From contig CAZZBZ010000004.1 of NCBI GenBank assembly GCA_964653025.1, positions 4,173 to 68,172 of the forward strand: a stretch of 64,000 bases of DNA, given 5' to 3'. This stretch comes from an uncultured Verrucomicrobiota bacterium. GTDB taxonomy: Bacteria; Verrucomicrobiota; Verrucomicrobiia; JABWAM01. Positions 9,781-18,500 of the stretch are shown piece by piece. The translations under genes and the position numbers were made by a program. Position 1 is the stretch's first letter; every line of letters starts with the position of its first letter. The notes under the pieces are model-generated. The model was not told the DNA's origin. It saw only the letters and a list, made by a program, of their open reading frames with translations, and made no database searches.

Positions 9781-9966
9781 TCAGTACTCGCCGACGACGA
9801 TGGGCTTCTCCTGCCCGATGCTGCAGAGGCGCACGGCCCACGCGTCGAGGGCGGCCTTGCGCTCAGCCTCGGCGAGGCGGACGGGCGCATAGACGACCTG
9901 CGGCGCGAGCACCTCAAACCCCGTGAAGCGGAAGACCCCGCGCTGGATCCGCGCCGAATCTGCCAT
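9781..9966 (-). CDS. Hypothetical small protein (61 aa)
   Basis: MADSARIQRGVFRFTGFEVLAPQVVYAPVRLAEAERKAALDAWAVRLCSIGQEKPIVVGEY. No recognisable domain, but the codon usage looks coding. Confidence 0.3.
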   Translation of the reverse strand: MADSARIQRGVFRFTGFEVLAPQVVYAPVRLAEAERKAALDAWAVRLCSIGQEKPIVVGEY

Positions 9967-10173
9967 GAGTCTCCGTCTCGCGTCTCGGATCTCATGTCTC
10001 GGGCCGCGGGGCACAGAGGGCGACGCTCACGCCATGCGGTTTACCTGCCCGCCCTTGGTGACGTGGGCGATGAAGGGCGGAGGTACGCGAAACGCCCCGC
10101 CCTGATTGGCGTTGACTTCGCGCCCGAACAGGATCCGAATTGCACGCCTCCTGAGAGGAGGAGGTTGAAGCCC

Positions 10174-11112
10174 ATGGAACGCCCTCGACTCCATCTGACA
10201 CGCGCGGGGAGGTCCCTCGCGCTCTTCGTCGCCTTCTGGGCCCTTTCCCCGGTCGCCCCGGCCCAGGATCCGTACTCAAACGCGATCGAGCAGGCGAAGG
10301 CGTCGCGTACCGTCTCAAACGACGCGGTCTTCTCCCAACTCCGCGTGATCACAAGCGACCTGCTCGTCCCCCTCGTCACGCCCACCGGCACCTTCCCAAT
10401 GATCCGCGTCTCCACGATGACGCGGGACTTCGGCTACAGCACCGCCACCAACCGCCAACCCTTCCACGTCGCCACCAACCGCTTCAGCTGGGTGACCCTC
10501 GATGGCGACCTGCGCAACTGGTACCACGACAAGGGCCTGCCGATCTCGAACAACGCCACGATCCGCAACTCCATGCTCGAAGCCCTCGGCATGCAGCACA
10601 ACACGAACTACAACGTCCTCACCTTCCTCGTGAGCCCCAGCGCCCTCACGCGCCCCGCGTTCAACCCCTCGATCTCCACGAATACCGCGCCCATCTGGAA
10701 CGCGTCGAAGCCCTGGGACTTCGGCACCGGCACGGGGCAGTACGACTTCGTCGCCAACGTGACCGATGCGGTCTCCTCGAACTTCTGGGCATGGGCCGGG
10801 GGCGTGAGCTACCCGGGACCGGAGAATTTCACAAACTGGCACCTCGGCTGGAGCACGGAATCCTACGCGAGCGCCAACCCCAACAACCTGTTCCCCTTCA
10901 CCGGGCTCGGCTTCACCTGGAACTGGAACACCAATGCGAGCCTCGAAGGATTCGCGCTCAGCGAGTTCGTCGTCAACAGCGATACCGACTTCTACTTCGA
11001 CAGCTACCTGACCCCCTACGACTACGTGGTAATCCCCGAGCCGGGTGCCCTTGCCCTCCTCCTGGCCGGCGGTCTGCTGTTTCTCGGCTGGCGTCGCGTT
11101 CCTCCTTCCTGA
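10174..11112 (+). CDS. PEP-CTERM sorting-domain secreted protein (Asn/Thr-rich)
   Basis: The signal peptide MERPRLHLTRAGRSLALFVAFWALSPVAPAQD is preceded by GAGGAGGAGG. The C-terminal VIPEPGALALLLAGGLLFLGWRR is a PEP-CTERM motif. Confidence 0.8.
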   Translation: MERPRLHLTRAGRSLALFVAFWALSPVAPAQDPYSNAIEQAKASRTVSNDAVFSQLRVITSDLLVPLVTPTGTFPMIRVSTMTRDFGYSTATNRQPFHVATNRFSWVTLDGDLRNWYHDKGLPISNNATIRNSMLEALGMQHNTNYNVLTFLVSPSALTRPAFNPSISTNTAPIWNASKPWDFGTGTGQYDFVANVTDAVSSNFWAWAGGVSYPGPENFTNWHLGWSTESYASANPNNLFPFTGLGFTWNWNTNASLEGFALSEFVVNSDTDFYFDSYLTPYDYVVIPEPGALALLLAGGLLFLGWRRVPPS

Positions 11113-11245
11113 TCGCCCTCTGTCGGCAAGGTCGCGAACTTCGCGCCGCGGTCAACGACCGCGGCTACCGACGGCAAGCGTGGCGCTTACCCTGCAGTAC
11201 CACCTCCCTCATCCCACGGCGGATCACCCTGCGCGCCGGGGACCC

Positions 11246-11539
11246 CTACGACTTTGCCTTCTTCTTCGCCTCTTCCTTGGCAGCCCACTCTTCCCACGAC
11301 TTGCCGGCGGCGGGATCCGCGCCGGTGAGTTCGATCTTCGCGATCTTCGAGACGGGGATGAGCCGCTTCTCGTCTGAGCCCGCGAGCATCATCTCGACGA
11401 AGGGCTCGGGGCAGCGCGAGGTCGCCCGCGACTCCCGGTTGAACAGGAAGCCCGCCACGTCGGCGCCATCCTTCAGGGTCACGGTGACGTCGCCGCGGTA
11501 GTTGTACGCCTTGTCGATGGTTTCGGTGAGGTTGTTCAT
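11246..11539 (-). CDS. Hypothetical small protein (97 aa) with Lys/Glu-rich C-terminus, co-directional downstream of hpnH
   Basis: MNNLTETIDKAYNYRGDVTVTLKDG..KSWEEWAAKEEAKKKAKS. No domain recognised. Confidence 0.5.
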   Translation of the reverse strand: MNNLTETIDKAYNYRGDVTVTLKDGADVAGFLFNRESRATSRCPEPFVEMMLAGSDEKRLIPVSKIAKIELTGADPAAGKSWEEWAAKEEAKKKAKS

Positions 11540-11586
11540 CGGATGGATGGGTCGAAAGATGGCATGGGAGAAGACGAAGGTTCTCC

Positions 11587-12741
11587 TCAGCGCCCGGCTC
11601 CGGTTTTTTCGTTTTCCTTGGGCTTGTTGGAGGCGCAGCCGCAGCCCGAGGCGCAGTTGCCCATGGAGGCCCCGCCGTCCGTCACGGGCGCCGCGTAGGC
11701 GAAGTCCGCGCCGACCGGCTGGCTGGACTTGAGGCCGAAGAGCGTGAGCTTCACCGTGCGCGCAAAGTGGCGGAACGACGAGAAGGTGGCGTCCACCGCC
11801 GTTGCTTCGTAGCCGCTGTGAACCATGCAGTTCGCGCACTTCGGGTTGCCGGAGTGATAGCCGTAGCGCGACCACTCGGTCTCCTCGATGAGTTGCTGGA
11901 AGGTGGGCACGTAGCCTTCATCGAGCAGGTAGCACGGTTTCTGCCAGCCGAAGATGTTGTAGGTGACCATTCCCCATGGCGTGCACTCGAAGTCCTGCCG
12001 CCCCATGAGAAACTCGAGAAAGATCGGCGACTGGTTGAAGGCCCATTTTGGATTCGGGTCAGAGAGGATCTTCGTGAAGAGTTCCCGCGTGCGGTTGCGC
12101 GCGAGGAAGTGCTCCTGGTCGGGAGCGTGCGAGTAGCTGTAGCCCGGCGACATCATCATCCCCTCGACGCCCATGGCGGTCATCTCGTCGAAGAAGGCTC
12201 GGACGCGCATGGGATCCGCCCCTTCGAAAAGCGTGGTGTTCGTCGTCACGCGGAAGCCACGCTTGAGCGCCTCGCGCGCCGCCTCGACAGCAGTCCGGAA
12301 GGTCCCCTCGCGGCAGACGGCGTGATCGTGCTCCGGCTCCAACCCATCGAGATGGATGCTGAGGGTGAGATACTTCGAGGGTTTGAAGAGGTCCATCCTC
12401 CGCTTGAGGAGCAGGGCGTTCGTGCAGAGGTAGATGTACTTCTTGCGCGCGACCAGGCCCTCGACGATCTGCTGGATCTCGGGGTGCACGAGCGGCTCGC
12501 CGCCCGGGATGCTCACGATCGGAACGCCACACTCCTCGACGGCCTGGAAGCACTGCTCAGGACTGAGGCGGCGCTTGAGGACGTGCTCGGGGTACTGGAT
12601 CTTCCCACAACCGGCACACTCAAGGTTGCAGCGGAAGAGCGGCTCGAGCATGAGCACGAGCGGGTAGCGCTTTCGGCCGGAAAGTTTCTGCCCGATCACG
12701 TAGCGAGCAACGGTATAAGCCTGGGAAATAGGAACGGGCAT
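11587..12741 (-). CDS. hpnH: Hopanoid biosynthesis-associated radical SAM protein HpnH (adenosylhopane synthase)
   Basis: YPLVLMLEPLFRCNLECAGCGKIQYP (CX3CX2C), the HpnH-typical N-terminal YVIGQKLSG..KRYPLVLMLEPLFRCNL, length 384 aa. Confidence 0.8.
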   Translation of the reverse strand: MPVPISQAYTVARYVIGQKLSGRKRYPLVLMLEPLFRCNLECAGCGKIQYPEHVLKRRLSPEQCFQAVEECGVPIVSIPGGEPLVHPEIQQIVEGLVARKKYIYLCTNALLLKRRMDLFKPSKYLTLSIHLDGLEPEHDHAVCREGTFRTAVEAAREALKRGFRVTTNTTLFEGADPMRVRAFFDEMTAMGVEGMMMSPGYSYSHAPDQEHFLARNRTRELFTKILSDPNPKWAFNQSPIFLEFLMGRQDFECTPWGMVTYNIFGWQKPCYLLDEGYVPTFQQLIEETEWSRYGYHSGNPKCANCMVHSGYEATAVDATFSSFRHFARTVKLTLFGLKSSQPVGADFAYAAPVTDGGASMGNCASGCGCASNKPKENEKTGAGR

Positions 12742-13591
12742 GGAACTTGATGGGTTGGGAGTTGGTCAAACTACCAGCACAGGGGACGATGCGCAACCGA
12801 AGCCTGCCCGACAAGGGCTCGGACGATCGGTGTTGTTCGGCCCGGGGGAATCCCCCTACGATGAGAGGGTGAGCAAGGACTTCGCCATTCTGGACAGCCG
12901 CGCAACGCCCCTCGGCGAAATCACTCTCCGCCGACGCCGCATCCCCATGCTGGGGGACGTCGAGGTCTTCGAGGTGAAACTCGGCGAGGCGTTCCTCATG
13001 TCCAGTCTGTTCCACGAGGTGGAAGTCGCGCTGGCCAGGCTCGGTTTGGCCTCCCTCGACGCCCCTTCTCTCGATGTCGTCGTGGGTGGGTTGGGGTTGG
13101 GCTACACCGCCGTGGCAGCGCTGGAGCACGTGGCGGTGCGGTCCCTCCTCGTTGTGGAGGCGCTGGACCCGGTGATCGACTGGCACCGTCAGGGTTTGGT
13201 CCCCCTGGGGGCATCCCTGACCAGCGACGCCCGCTGCCGTTTCATCCACGGCGATTTCTTCGCCCTGGCCCGGTCGCCGGAGCAGGGCTTTGACCCCGCG
13301 CAGCCTGGGCGCCGGTTTCATGCCGTGCTCTTGGACATCGACCACTCCCCGAGCCACCTCCTGCACCCGCGCCACGGGGTGTTTTACCAGCCTGGGGGGT
13401 TGCGACACCTTGCCGATCACCTTCATCCGGGCGGGGTCTTCGCCCTGTGGTCCGACGAACCGCCCGACCCGGAGTTTCAACAAATCCTCGACCGGGTCTT
13501 CGTCGAGTCCCGAGCCCACGTCGTGAAGTTCCACAACCCCCTGCTCGGCCATGACTCGGCAAGCACGGTTTACGTAGCCCGCAAGGCGTAG
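12740..13591 (+). CDS. Spermidine/spermine synthase-family protein (aminopropyltransferase-like fold); start uncertain
   Basis: FEVKLGEAFLMSSLFHEVEVAL.. and VVGGLGLGYTAVAALEH..VVEALDPVIDW. The tracked ATG 12740 abuts the hpnH start 12741, so the true start is probably further downstream, for example GTG 12869. Confidence 0.65.
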   Translation: MELDGLGVGQTTSTGDDAQPKPARQGLGRSVLFGPGESPYDERVSKDFAILDSRATPLGEITLRRRRIPMLGDVEVFEVKLGEAFLMSSLFHEVEVALARLGLASLDAPSLDVVVGGLGLGYTAVAALEHVAVRSLLVVEALDPVIDWHRQGLVPLGASLTSDARCRFIHGDFFALARSPEQGFDPAQPGRRFHAVLLDIDHSPSHLLHPRHGVFYQPGGLRHLADHLHPGGVFALWSDEPPDPEFQQILDRVFVESRAHVVKFHNPLLGHDSASTVYVARKA

Positions 13592-13643
13592 CCCGTGCTT
13601 CCCACCAATAGGGAAAAACGCGAGAGTGTTTTTCTGAATTGGA

Positions 13644-14264
13644 TCAGCGGCCGGACCGCGCCTTCGCCGCCTTCCACTCCTGCTTGGTGTGCTCCAAGCA
13701 ATCGGGACAAAGCCCGTGAGAAAGATCGATGTCGAGGTGGGTCTCCAGGTACTGCTCGATCGTCTGCCAGTAGTCCTTGTCCTTCCGCACTTTCTTACAA
13801 CCCATGCAGATCGGCAGCAGGGACTCGAGAGTCACCATCTCCTTGATGTCCTCGAGAGTGAGAAGCACCAACCTCCGTTCATCGAGGTCGAGCGGCGCCG
13901 CGCTCACCAGAAGATAGACCTCGGTAAGCTTGCCTTCGGAAACGAGTTGCATGTGCGTCCGCGTGCGGGCGACCTTCTCGCCCTGAAAAGCACGCGTCAC
14001 GCTTTTGCGGAGCACGCAGTCATTGCAGAGGGGACCACGCCCGCAGCCCTCCGGCACATCGACGGAGTGGAGACAGTGGAGCACTTCCCCGCCACGACGA
14101 CGAAACGAGATCGAGTGATCGGGGCCAAGCAGGGGTTCCGCAGCCTTGTTGTAGTCGTGGATCCGCACGTCCTCATCCACCACGAAGACCGGCAACGGAA
14201 TCGTGTCGAGCACCTTCCGATAGAAACCGGGGTCGGTCGCGCACAAGGAAGTCTGGGGCGTCAT
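13644..14264 (-). CDS. PAS-domain protein with a C-terminal Cys4 (CMGC..CPDC) zinc-ribbon-like tail
   Basis: KVLDTIPLPVFVVDEDVRIHDYNKAAEPLLG (PAS), ..LLPICMGCKKVRKDKDYWQTIEQYLETHLDIDLSHGLCPDCLEH. The start is placed at MTPQTS (14264). Confidence 0.6.
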   Translation of the reverse strand: MTPQTSLCATDPGFYRKVLDTIPLPVFVVDEDVRIHDYNKAAEPLLGPDHSISFRRRGGEVLHCLHSVDVPEGCGRGPLCNDCVLRKSVTRAFQGEKVARTRTHMQLVSEGKLTEVYLLVSAAPLDLDERRLVLLTLEDIKEMVTLESLLPICMGCKKVRKDKDYWQTIEQYLETHLDIDLSHGLCPDCLEHTKQEWKAAKARSGR

Positions 14265-14313
14265 TGGGAAATCCCTCCCGCGCCACTGAATGGGCCAAGA
14301 ACTACTCCTCCCC

Positions 14314-15489
14314 CTAGCACGAACCCGGCTCGTCCGCAACCCGCCGCAGCAGGTCAGCCAGTCGGCGTGCGGTCCATGGATCCGCGCCCCCGTTCGCGGG
14401 GGCCGTCTTTTTTGGGGGACGTCGCCCCGCGCGCACCTCGTCGGAGATCGCCGCGGCGAGGGTGCGGGGATCCGCGCAGTCCACCACCCAGCCGCTCGCG
14501 CCGTAATGGTTGTGGGAGATGACCCGGCAGCCCGCCGAGCGCGCCTCCGCGATGGCCAGACCGTAGCTCTCGTGCACCGAGGAGGAGACAAAGAGGTCCG
14601 CCCGTCGGAGCAGGGCGGCCTTGCGCGACGAGGTCAGGTGCCCGGGAAACTCCACGCGGATGCGGGAAGGAACCCGCGCCGCGAGTCGACGGAGACCCCG
14701 CAGGCACCGGCGCCCCATCATGAATGCGGGCCCTCCACAGATCATCACGCGGACACGGCGCTCCCCCGTCTCGACGAGGGAAAGCGCGCGCAGGATGCGA
14801 TCCAGCCCCTTCTCGGGTGAAATCCGGCTCAGCGTGACGACGAGGTACTCGTCCTCTCCCACGTCCAGGTCGGCGGAATCCCCTTCCCTCGAAGGCGCGG
14901 AAAGGTCGCCCCATGGGATGACCTCGATACGCTCCGTCGGACAGTCGGGATAGCACCGTCGGATCACCTCGCGCATCGGCTCGGAAGGAACCACGATCCG
15001 CGCGCTGTGCGCCACGCAGTCGTGCTGTTTGCGAAAGACCAGCCGCAGGAGACCGGGCAGGGGAAAACGATGCCATCCCGCCGCCCTCTCCGGCGTCACA
15101 CGGCCGCGCAGGTAGATACGCGTGAAAAAATCCACCACATCCACGTGCCAGATGCTCGCCACGCGGAAGCCCGCCCGCCCAAGCGCGGCAAAGTCGGGCC
15201 CCTCGCTGAGGTCGTTGGTGAGAACGATGGTCTCCCGCGGATCGGCGCCAAGGATGCGCTTCGTGGTCGCGCGCTCGAACTCGCGACAGAAGCGCGCGTA
15301 GGCAAACTCGCCCATCTCGACGAGCGGCCGAGCGAGGCGCAGGCCGAGCGAGGACGGGCTCAACACCTCAAACTCAAACGGGCGCGCGGTCTGCCACTCC
15401 CGGGCAAGATAGTCGGCCACCGCCTTGCCCCCTCCCAAGGGCTCGGTTTCGGGGAAGTCGGCATGGGCCGCTGCAAAAATCACACGCAT
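14314..15489 (-). CDS. Glycosyltransferase family 4 (GT-B, GT1 superfamily)
   Basis: ..LVVTLSRISPEKGLDRILRA..VHESYGLAIAEARSAGCRVIS (E-X7-E-like region). Confidence 0.8.
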   Translation of the reverse strand: MRVIFAAAHADFPETEPLGGGKAVADYLAREWQTARPFEFEVLSPSSLGLRLARPLVEMGEFAYARFCREFERATTKRILGADPRETIVLTNDLSEGPDFAALGRAGFRVASIWHVDVVDFFTRIYLRGRVTPERAAGWHRFPLPGLLRLVFRKQHDCVAHSARIVVPSEPMREVIRRCYPDCPTERIEVIPWGDLSAPSREGDSADLDVGEDEYLVVTLSRISPEKGLDRILRALSLVETGERRVRVMICGGPAFMMGRRCLRGLRRLAARVPSRIRVEFPGHLTSSRKAALLRRADLFVSSSVHESYGLAIAEARSAGCRVISHNHYGASGWVVDCADPRTLAAAISDEVRAGRRPPKKTAPANGGADPWTARRLADLLRRVADEPGSC

Positions 15490-15594
15490 TGAGGCGTTAG
15501 ACTGCGCGCTCGACCCACCGGGTGCAAGTTTTGGCGAGTGGCGCGGTACGACAACCTCGGAAATCAGGATCCCGTTGCCCCGACAGGACCGCCC

Positions 15595-18500
15595 TCACGG
15601 AGATGGAACAGGTAACCGCGATGCGGCAACATCAAAGGTCGCCGCCCCTTCCCTGCCGCTCGTCACATCGGTCGCGCGCAGCGTGTAGCGTCCCGGCGGG
15701 ACGTTCAGCGCCACCGGCCACGTCCAGCGCCCCGCTCCCTCGCGGAGGACGGTGACGTCGCGCGACCCGGGGATCTCACGCCCCTGCGCGTCCTCGATCC
15801 GCAGGCGCACGGCGTGGAGATCGGCCTTCGGGCCATCCGTCTCAATCGCCAGGTCGCAGGCCAGTTCCCCTCCTGCGGCCACCTTCGCGACGGGGAGCGA
15901 CGCCTTCACGCCCGCGACGGCGTAGTCGAGTACCGCGAAGACCTTGACGTGCCCCGGCGGAAAGACCTCCGCGAAGGTCCCGGCCCGTCCGAGGTCGCGG
16001 TGCGAGCGCATCTCGTACACCTGCCCCTTGCGTCCGAGGCGCACGGTGAGCGGCTCCTTCACTTCCCGCAGGAGGTAATGGGCCACGAAGAGGGTGCGCT
16101 TCGAGGGCGTCTCGTAGTACCAGGTCTCGGTGTCGAAAAGCGGTTGTCCCCCCTGCTCGATGCGGCAGCGCACCGCGATCCCGGCCTCGCGAAGGACCCG
16201 TTCGAACACCCGCCAGTGGGATCGGCGGAGGGCCTGCGGGCCCTCGACCGTCGTGCTCTTCTCCTCGGCGACGCCACCCTTGAACACGGCATTGTGCCCC
16301 TCAAGGCGGGAGTTCAACCAGTAGACCCTCCCCTTGCCCGCTTCGCGGACCGTCCACAAGGGAGTCCCGGCGGACTCGGCAAGCACCTTCACCGCCGTGG
16401 CCACCTTCACCCCGTTGCAGCAGGCGCGAAGCTTGAGCGGGGCGTCGGCACCCGAAGCCCTCATCTCCATCCCCGGGCTGGGCGTCGGACCAGCGATCTC
16501 CACGCCGGTCAGGTCCTCGATCACCGGGCGAGCGTGGGGCGCCCCATGCAGGTCGCGCCAGCCGCAACGCCCCAGCGCGAAGAGCGTGCCCCCGTCCTCC
16601 ACGAATCCGCGAATGGCCTCCGCCTGCGCTGCGGAGAGGCACCCGGTTTCCGCCAGGACGAGCAGCCGCACGCCGTCCTTCCCGAGTTGCCCGGGCGCGA
16701 GGCCCTCGAGATTCACGAAGCGATGCTGGTAGCCAAGCTCCTCGATCACCGCCTTGGCCTTCTGCCCCAGCGCCCCAACATCCGCCATCCAGGAAGGGTA
16801 GGAGTATCCGATCGCGATTCCATCGTCCGTGAAACGGGAGTTGAGGATCAGGCGATCGATGCCGCCAGTGAGGTCAGGGAACTCCTCCTTCGCCAGCGCG
16901 GCGTAGCCTTTCGTGGGGCGCTGGTCGGACGTGGCCACCCCGTAGTTCCAGAAGCCGTTGTCCGTCATCGCCCAAAAGGCGCAGAAGCTCCCGCCATTGA
17001 GGAGCGACGCCCACGCTTCGGCCCGACGATCGGGCGTGATATCGAGCATCCCGTAACCCTGCCAACGGCCGTGGCACGCGCCGTCGCCAAAACAACGGAA
17101 CAACTCCTCGAGCACGCCCTGCGAGTCGCCGTAGCGCAGCGTGTAACGGTAATAACGCGCGTAGCGGGCCCAATCCACCGGCCACTCCGCCCTTGGCTCG
17201 TACACCCCGTGCTCCCCCACGCTGAGGTCCGGGCTGATCTCCGCCGCCCACTCTGCGGGCGCCTTCATGTAGTGCTCCCCCGCGACAGTCCCGAGATACA
17301 TCTGGAACTCCAGCCACGGCGCAAGGTTCGGCGCGACCTGCACCTCGGCACGTTTCTTCGGCACCACTTCGGAAAAATCGGCGAAGCTCGCGCCCCAGCT
17401 GCGATTGAGTTCCGCGATTCCGGCGTAACGCCCCTTCAGCCACTCGCGGAAGCCCGCCATCGTTCCCGGGCTGCGATCGAAGTCCACGGGAAACCGCCTC
17501 TCGTCATCGAGGGGAAAGAGCCGCGCCCCTTGCGCGGCGGCGGCCCGCACCGCCGCCTGCCACTTCTCCTTCATCGCCGTGATGGACGCGGCCGATGGCA
17601 GGAAGGGCGGGCTCATCGCGCAGGAGGCGTCATCGAGCGAGGGCTTCACCGGCGGCAGCGCGTAGCGTTGCTTGAGGGAGAGGCCGCCCGCGTTGGACGC
17701 CGCCGTCCCTCCCGAGGCGTAAAGCGTCTGCATGTTGTAGCTGTGCGAGTGCATGGTCAGGCCGAGGGAGCGCATCAGCGGCAGGAGGGCCTGCAGGTGA
17801 AGCGGGCGCCGCTCGGGCGCATCCGCCACGGCCAGCACGAACCGGTCCGCGTAGTCCGGTTTCGCGGGGATGAGGAACACGTCCGCGGTCGTCTCGGCAA
17901 GGACCCGCCCGCCCGACTCCAGGGTTGCCACCGCCTCGTGATAAACCGTCAGCGGCCTGAGTTTTCCCAACGGGAACTCGACCCCTTGCGGGGTCCCGTC
18001 AAGCTTCGCATTCCGCGCGTCCTCGACCACCACCCGCCCGAGGCGGTCCACGAGACGGAAGCGGAGCCGGGCATCCCCAACCTTGCCCGACCATTCCACC
18101 CGGCAGGTGCCCGTCTTTTCCGCGGGCTGGCAGGCCATCACGTCCACCTTGAGGTCCACGCCCTCCCCGCCCACCGCGCCGGCCGAGGCGAAGGCCAGCA
18201 ACTTCCCCGAGGGGTCGCGCGCGAAGACCTCCAGCGCGCAGGGCCCCGCGTCGGGCCGGGCCTTCAGCGGCACCTCGCAGGAGACCGCGCCGGGCGCAAA
18301 CTTTACCTTCGCCTCCCCTGCGGTCCGCTCCTCCCATCGCCGCGTGCGAACCCGCGCCTGCACGATGACGTCGGTCGCCGCGCCATCCCAGCGGAGATCC
18401 ACGGCCACGCGGTCGCCGCGCAGCGCCACGCGGGTCACGCGGGCCGGCCCCTCCTTGCGGGCGGCCCAGCGGGCGAGTTCCCCAAGCGCGGCGTAGGCGT

